Shown: positions 58,161 to 64,000 of the stretch, in pieces
How the letters are laid out: each line of letters starts with the position of its first letter
Position numbering within the stretch: the stretch's first letter is position 1
Source of the DNA: the human T2T-CHM13v2.0 reference genome, Homo sapiens
Assembly (NCBI RefSeq): GCF_009914755.1
Contig: NC_060930.1
Strand: one strand, 5' to 3'
DNA length: 64,000 bases
Notes under the pieces: generated by a model
The model's input: only the letters and a program-made list of their open reading frames with translations
What the model was told of the DNA's origin: nothing
Database searches by the model: none
Made by a program: the position numbers and the translations under genes

Positions 58161-58494
58161 AAAAGCAGGCCTTGGTGCTACTTGTTTGTGCTAATTGTTG
58201 GTTTTCTGGTACTGATTTTCCTTATTTTGAGGCACCTTGAATCAGAGGAGAGGACTAAATTGGGGCTAAGTTCTAATCTTAGTTCTGCAGAACTTTGTGG
58301 AAATCTCTTAAATTTTTGACACTTTAACAGAATGGCTTAGTATTACCTCATATTGAACTTGGGCTCAGATTTAATAATGTTTGTAAAAGGGTTCTGAAAG
58401 TTTACAGTGTACTATGGACATGCCCTAGGTAGAGGGAGTTTCTGAGTCTGTATTGTTAGAGCTGAAACCACCGTAATGACAATCTAAGGAAGTG

Positions 58495-58680
58495 TTCCAC
58501 TACTAGCTGTGTGATCCCAGACAAGTTACCTGACACCTCTGTGTCCTAATTACTTCATCTGTAAAAGGTAGTATTATCCGTACCTACCGCATGGGAATGT
58601 TGTGATGATCAGTAAATACTACATGCAAAGCACTTGGGGTAGTGCTTGTTAAATGGTACATATCAGTAATGGTTACTACT
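58495..58680 (+). mobile_element. MIR
   Basis: tactagctgtgtgatcccagacaagttacctgacacctctgtgtcc...catctgtaaaa. Confidence 0.7.
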
Positions 58681-59841
58681 CTTTTATTGTTGTATGTGCC
58701 AGAGAGGGAAAATATATTGAGTAAACATTCATATAATGCCAGAAAATAAATTGAGTAAATTGAGAGTGATTTCTTTTAAGTGTGCTTGTTTTACTTTTTG
58801 CTACACTTAATCTGTAATTTAAGTAATAATATATTTGAAATACTAGGGATTATCATACTACATTTATTATGTCTTTGCAGAAAGTTGCAAATAATGAGTT
58901 AAAAGAACATTTGGGTTTTGGTAAATCACATAAAAGTCATTACCATTTCATTTGTTAGCGAAACTGTACTTTTGAAAAAAATTATAAAAATGTGAGAACA
59001 CTTACAAAAATGTGCCAGAGAGAATGGAGTTAGATTTATTTGCCCCGGTGGATCTGTTCCAGAATCTGAGACTCTAGTAGTGAGCTGTGATCTCTCCCAA
59101 GCACATACCTGTGGGCCTGTGTTACGTTAATCAGGGGCCAGAACTGCCCTGGGATGTGTGTGCAGGAATTAAAAAGAGTAATGCAACCCAGGTCCTGAGA
59201 AGTATGAAAGGAAATCAGTCGATCTGTGAGAGTTTAGTGCTTAAGATCAAAGTTCTTTTTCTTGTTTCCCTTCCGCTACCACTGCTTCCCAAGGTCTGTT
59301 GGCACCTGCTGGGATTGGGTAGTGCACAGGAATTCCCTCATGGGGTCTCCAGAGCCGATGCTAAGCTGAGGGATCAGAGAACCTCTGCCTCAGCTTCCCA
59401 GGACACCCACACCCAGGTGCCTCCGTTCCATCTTGTTTGTAACCCGTTTGAGGCCCTCCCTCAACTGTGCCAGTTTCATCTGACATGGCCCTGTGCTCTG
59501 ATTTTTGACTCTTCCCCTGAGGGGCACAGATTGGGTGGGCCCTCTGCTGCGGCATGATTCTCTGTAGCGTGGATTTCTGGAGTTTCATTTCTCTGAAGGC
59601 TTGATTCCACAAGGCTGGTCTGTGCTCTGCTCCTCAACAGCACAGTTGACAACTACACAGCTTACCCTTCCCCCTCCTCCTGCTCACCCCCTGCTCTGAA
59701 GGCTGTCCACACGCACACGTGGGATGCACACCTCCGTGTGTGTGCACACTCTTCCAGATGAGCCCAGCCCTCCGGTGTTGCCTGCTTGAGGCAGATCTGG
59801 GCTCCACCCCAAAGTTCGTTGTTTTTTGGTTTTTTTTTTCG

Positions 59842-59872
<31 letters not shown>

Positions 59873-60288
59873 AAACACTCGGCCTCACAACACAGACTCT
59901 GAGGACTACATCCTTTCAAGTTTCAAGTTACTCTTAGCTGATATTGAGGTGCCTTTATAGAGCAACTCACTCTATTTCCTTTGGCCTGTGGTCATTTTAT
60001 GAGTATTTGTTAGTTATCTGTATTTGTAATGCTACTCAGTCTTTTTGTAGAGTTTCCTTTATCTTAGTTTTATAAGAGGACACTCAGAATTGTTATATTG
60101 GTCAAATAAAGTAAACTTCACAGAATGAAGGTAGCATATTAAATTATGTGTAGTCATTGACAGTTGCTTTGTAGCACTGATAAAGCCTATAACTTACTAT
60201 ACTTTTTTCTAGTAAATAAATTTACTTGATCTTTTAAAAGTAATTATATTTTGGCAAGTAGGGAGATGAGAGTGATGCTAATTCCAAC

Positions 60289-60392
60289 TTATTTTGAGAA
60301 AGGTTAGGATAAAGACCTTTTTAATTTATTACTTATATTATTTTAATTTATTTTGAGAAAGGTTAGGGTAAAGACCTTTTTAATTTATTACT
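60289..60392. repeat. Local direct duplication, 2 x 45 bp
   Basis: TTATTTTGAGAAAGGTTAGG(A/G)TAAAGACCTTTTTAATTTATTACT at 60289-60333 and 60348-60392. Confidence 0.9.
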
Positions 60393-61052
60393 ATATCTGG
60401 TACAGCTTTGTGAGCTGCCACTTGCCTGTATGCAGATTCTCATGTGTTTGAGGTTTGAAAATCCTTTGTCCCAAGCCTTTCTAACCACAGCTCAGTTGCT
60501 GAGCAGAAGAGTAGGTTACCATCAAGTACAAAACATGTAGCACGGAAACATCACTGTGGATCCAGCTTTTAACTTCCCAGAACTCTTTATCAGTTGCTCC
60601 CACGTTGAAAATTTGGATTGAGTGGTGCTCGTCTTCCAAAACAAACTTGGGAAACTGAGCCAGAGCACGCCTCTGGGAGAGCTCAATGTAGGAAAAAGGG
60701 CATTGAGCTTTGCAGTTTGCAAAGCTTGTTCCAGAAAGTGCTGAGCTGCAAAGCTGTGAAGAAATGATACTTGAAACAGAGGATAGAAATGTGCCTCATT
60801 TGGAATAAAGCCTGTCTCTAAAACTGGTATTTTCCTTTTAAAATTGCCTTGGGAAAATAGGAAATTAATTTTCACTTTGCTCCTTATTTTACAGACTGTA
60901 GACTTTTAATTCTAAAGAGTTGTGGAGCATGTCTTACATTTAAGGGCATGCTTAAGACCCTGGCAGGGGCAAGCTTTCATGACTAACTTCACTGATTCTT
61001 TGAAGAGTAGGGATGTGTTCTGATTTCAGCTGTCATTAGAATGGTGAAGATG

Positions 61053-61296
61053 GGCCAGTACTTTGGGAGGCCAAGGTGAGTGGATCACTTGAGGACAGGA
61101 GTTTGAGAACAGCCTGGCCAACATGGCAAAACCCCATCTCTACTAAAAAAACAAAAATTAGCCAGATTACCCATAATCCCAGCTACTCAGGAAGTTGAGT
61201 TCACTTGAACTCATGAGGCGGAGGCTGCAGTGAGCTGAGATCACGCCGCTGCACTCCAGCCTGGGCAACAAAGCAAGACTTTGCCTCAAAAAGAAG
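61053..61296 (+). mobile_element. Alu with internal deletions
   Basis: Both arms partly present; TSD GGTGAAGATG at 61043-61052 and 61297-61306. Confidence 0.85.
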
Positions 61297-63124
61297 GGTG
61301 AAGATGAAGAAGGGAAATCCTTGGAACATCATCTAGTTGTTTCGTTGCAGGCTTTTTTCCTGCAGCCATAGGCACGATTTTTTCTGTTGCCAAGTATGGG
61401 AGACATAGGCCCTGAGGATGCCCCTGGACATCAGGATAGGCTTCAGGAAGAGGCTTATATGTTCCTATTATGCTTGAAGAAAATATTAGCTGCGCAGAAA
61501 TGTGACCTGCTCCATGACAAATGAGACCACGAAGGCTCTGAATTTAGCATGCTACTCTAAGATGCTTAGGCTAAGCCAGCCCTTGGCGCACAACTGCAGT
61601 TGGGTATCTGGAACAGGTGGCCAGTATTAAATGAGACAAGGAGCAGAGGTAGCACAGTGTCTCTGAAAGCAGGGGACAGTCACTTCTTTACCCTCAGTTC
61701 CCCGCAAGAGGAAGGGTCCTGTGAACTTCCATCATGGTCGTATCAAGTTTCTGAGGACACCCTGTATGTAGCTCGTTCTGGCGCTTGCTGCTTCTGAAGG
61801 GTGGAGGTGACCACTCAAAGGTTCAGTCAGTCCCATCTTAAAATTAATGTCATAATCACCAGGTCCCTGTCCCTCTTGACATATTCTTCTGCAGGAAGGA
61901 AAGTATCAGGACAGTTCACATGGGAATAAATTATATATTTATTTGTAGGATAAAAATCTGTGGGTCACCCTGCCCCGGACTGTGTGAATGTTTTGTTTCC
62001 CTTGAAATACTTCTATGGAAAAGAAAATCTTAAAAGCATTTCAGTTGTCTACATCCAAGGGGGAAGGACAAATCAAAAGCAAATGTCCTTCAGGGATGCT
62101 CAGAGATCTTAACACATTTAACTCCACTTAGAAGGACATAAATGTTCTGTGCAAAGACTGTTGAGGGGTTCGTGTAAATGTGATTTTAATGGGATATACG
62201 TAGTCAGCATAGTTGTATGAACTGTATATATCTCCTTATATATGTTGGGCGTTTAGTGAATATTTGGTACTGTAGTTTCATTATGATAATACTTGGGTAT
62301 CAAAGCAGTTTTCAGCATATGTTAGTACTCTGAACACTAAAATAGACATACTTCTGGTATACTTTAGAAAGCTTTTCTTTAAGAAGGGCTGAAACTTCTC
62401 TTTTCAACCAGATTAAAAAAAAATATGTAAGTGTAATATCCCATTCCATGATCATTCCACTTAATATGCTTTTCACTCTTGAGAGTGCACCTTGGTAAGA
62501 GGCCCATAATCTTCCCTCCAGAGTGGAGATTTTCCACTAGATAAGACATGGAGAAAAAGAGCGGATATTTACAAATCTGTTTATTGCAGCAGAATGTCTG
62601 GGCTACCAGTTCCCCCCAGTAGCATTATTAAGCTTTCACCACATAAGCTTATTGATTGATTAAACAAATTTAGCCTTTCTTTACATCTCGTTGGCTGGAT
62701 TTGAAACCTGGGTGCTTTTGTTTTTACTTCAGTAGTGGTTTAAAGAAGGGCGACATTTTCTTTGGTGCTTCTGAGTCCTCTGATAGCTCCGCCTAACTTT
62801 TCTGGCCAGGGCTGATAAAGGATACTCCCTGGAATGGTCAAGAGCCTCAATTTCTTCATCTTTAGTGGGGGTAACGTTTACTCACAAAATCCGTTAGAAG
62901 GATTAAATGCTGTAACATATACTCAAGCCTCTGGCTCACGTTAGGTGCTCAACAAATTGTAGTTCAAGGCCTTCCTTTCTCCTCTCCCTTAAGATATTTA
63001 ACCCAGCAGTTCCTTATACATACTAGTTCAGCAGATGGATTTACTAAAGTGAGAAAATAGACTCCCAGCTTCTTAACAATTGGGGCAACGTAGACTGCAT
63101 TCTAAGAACCCAAGAACCTGGTAA

Positions 63125-63495
<371 letters not shown>

Positions 63496-63799
63496 TGAGA
63501 TTCTGTGGTTCTTTCCAGAATTTTTACTTTGCATTTTAGAAATCTGTGAATAATCGAAAGCTGCCACTATCCTCTGAGAAAAAGGGTAGGCAAGTGTGAT
63601 CTGTCACTGAATTTTATTCTTCAAATTAGATAAAAAGTGTAAGAAAATTATCAAAGCTAAAAGTTGGCCAATTTTAATTGACAGTCTCTTGTGTAGCCTG
63701 TTTTTTATTTGCTAGACTTGACCTTCCTCAAAACATTTTTCCCTTTTACTTTGTGTTTTTTTCTTTTCTAATACCCTTTAACAATCAGCACAGCTTATT

Positions 63800-63856
63800 T
63801 TATATATATGTGTGTGTGTATATATGTATGTATGTGTGTGTATATATATATATGTA

Positions 63857-63902
<46 letters not shown>
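63800..63902. repeat. Compound (TA)n/(TG)n microsatellite
   Basis: ~100 bp of alternating TA/TG. Confidence 0.92.
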
Positions 63903-63903
<1 letters not shown>

Positions 63904-64000
63904 TTTTTTTTTTTTTTCTTTTTTGAGATGAGGTTTCACTCTTGTCGCCCAGGCTGGAGCGCAATGGCACAATCTCTGCCTCCTGGGTTCAAGCAATTCT
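63903..64000 (-). mobile_element. Alu 3' end (runs out of the window)
   Basis: poly(T) + gagatgaggtttcactcttgtcgcccaggctggag. Confidence 0.88.

Overview
Human-like (primate) genomic DNA covering the 5' part of RREB1 (Ras-responsive element-binding protein 1, a C2H2 zinc-finger transcription factor) on the + strand. The first ~40 kb is intron-like and contains a CpG island with promoter motifs (~4.15-5.1 kb). Two putative non-coding 5'UTR exons follow (40265-40383, 44734-44856). Then come the start-codon exon (45480-45692, ATG at 45522) and two zinc-finger exons (51044-51133, 52783-52946); the gene continues beyond the window. The rest is rich in interspersed repeats: more than 30 Alu/FLAM copies, MIRs, MER5, a Tigger4/MER46 element, L1 fragments and microsatellites, plus an antisense Y1 RNA retrocopy right behind a coding exon. 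I see no new gene system. The most interesting signals are a splice-controlled uORF/overlapping-ORF architecture around a weak start codon, and a possible 709-nt exonic circle that would encode a 170-aa two-finger protein with a novel tail. Repeat boundaries and subfamilies were read by eye and are approximate.
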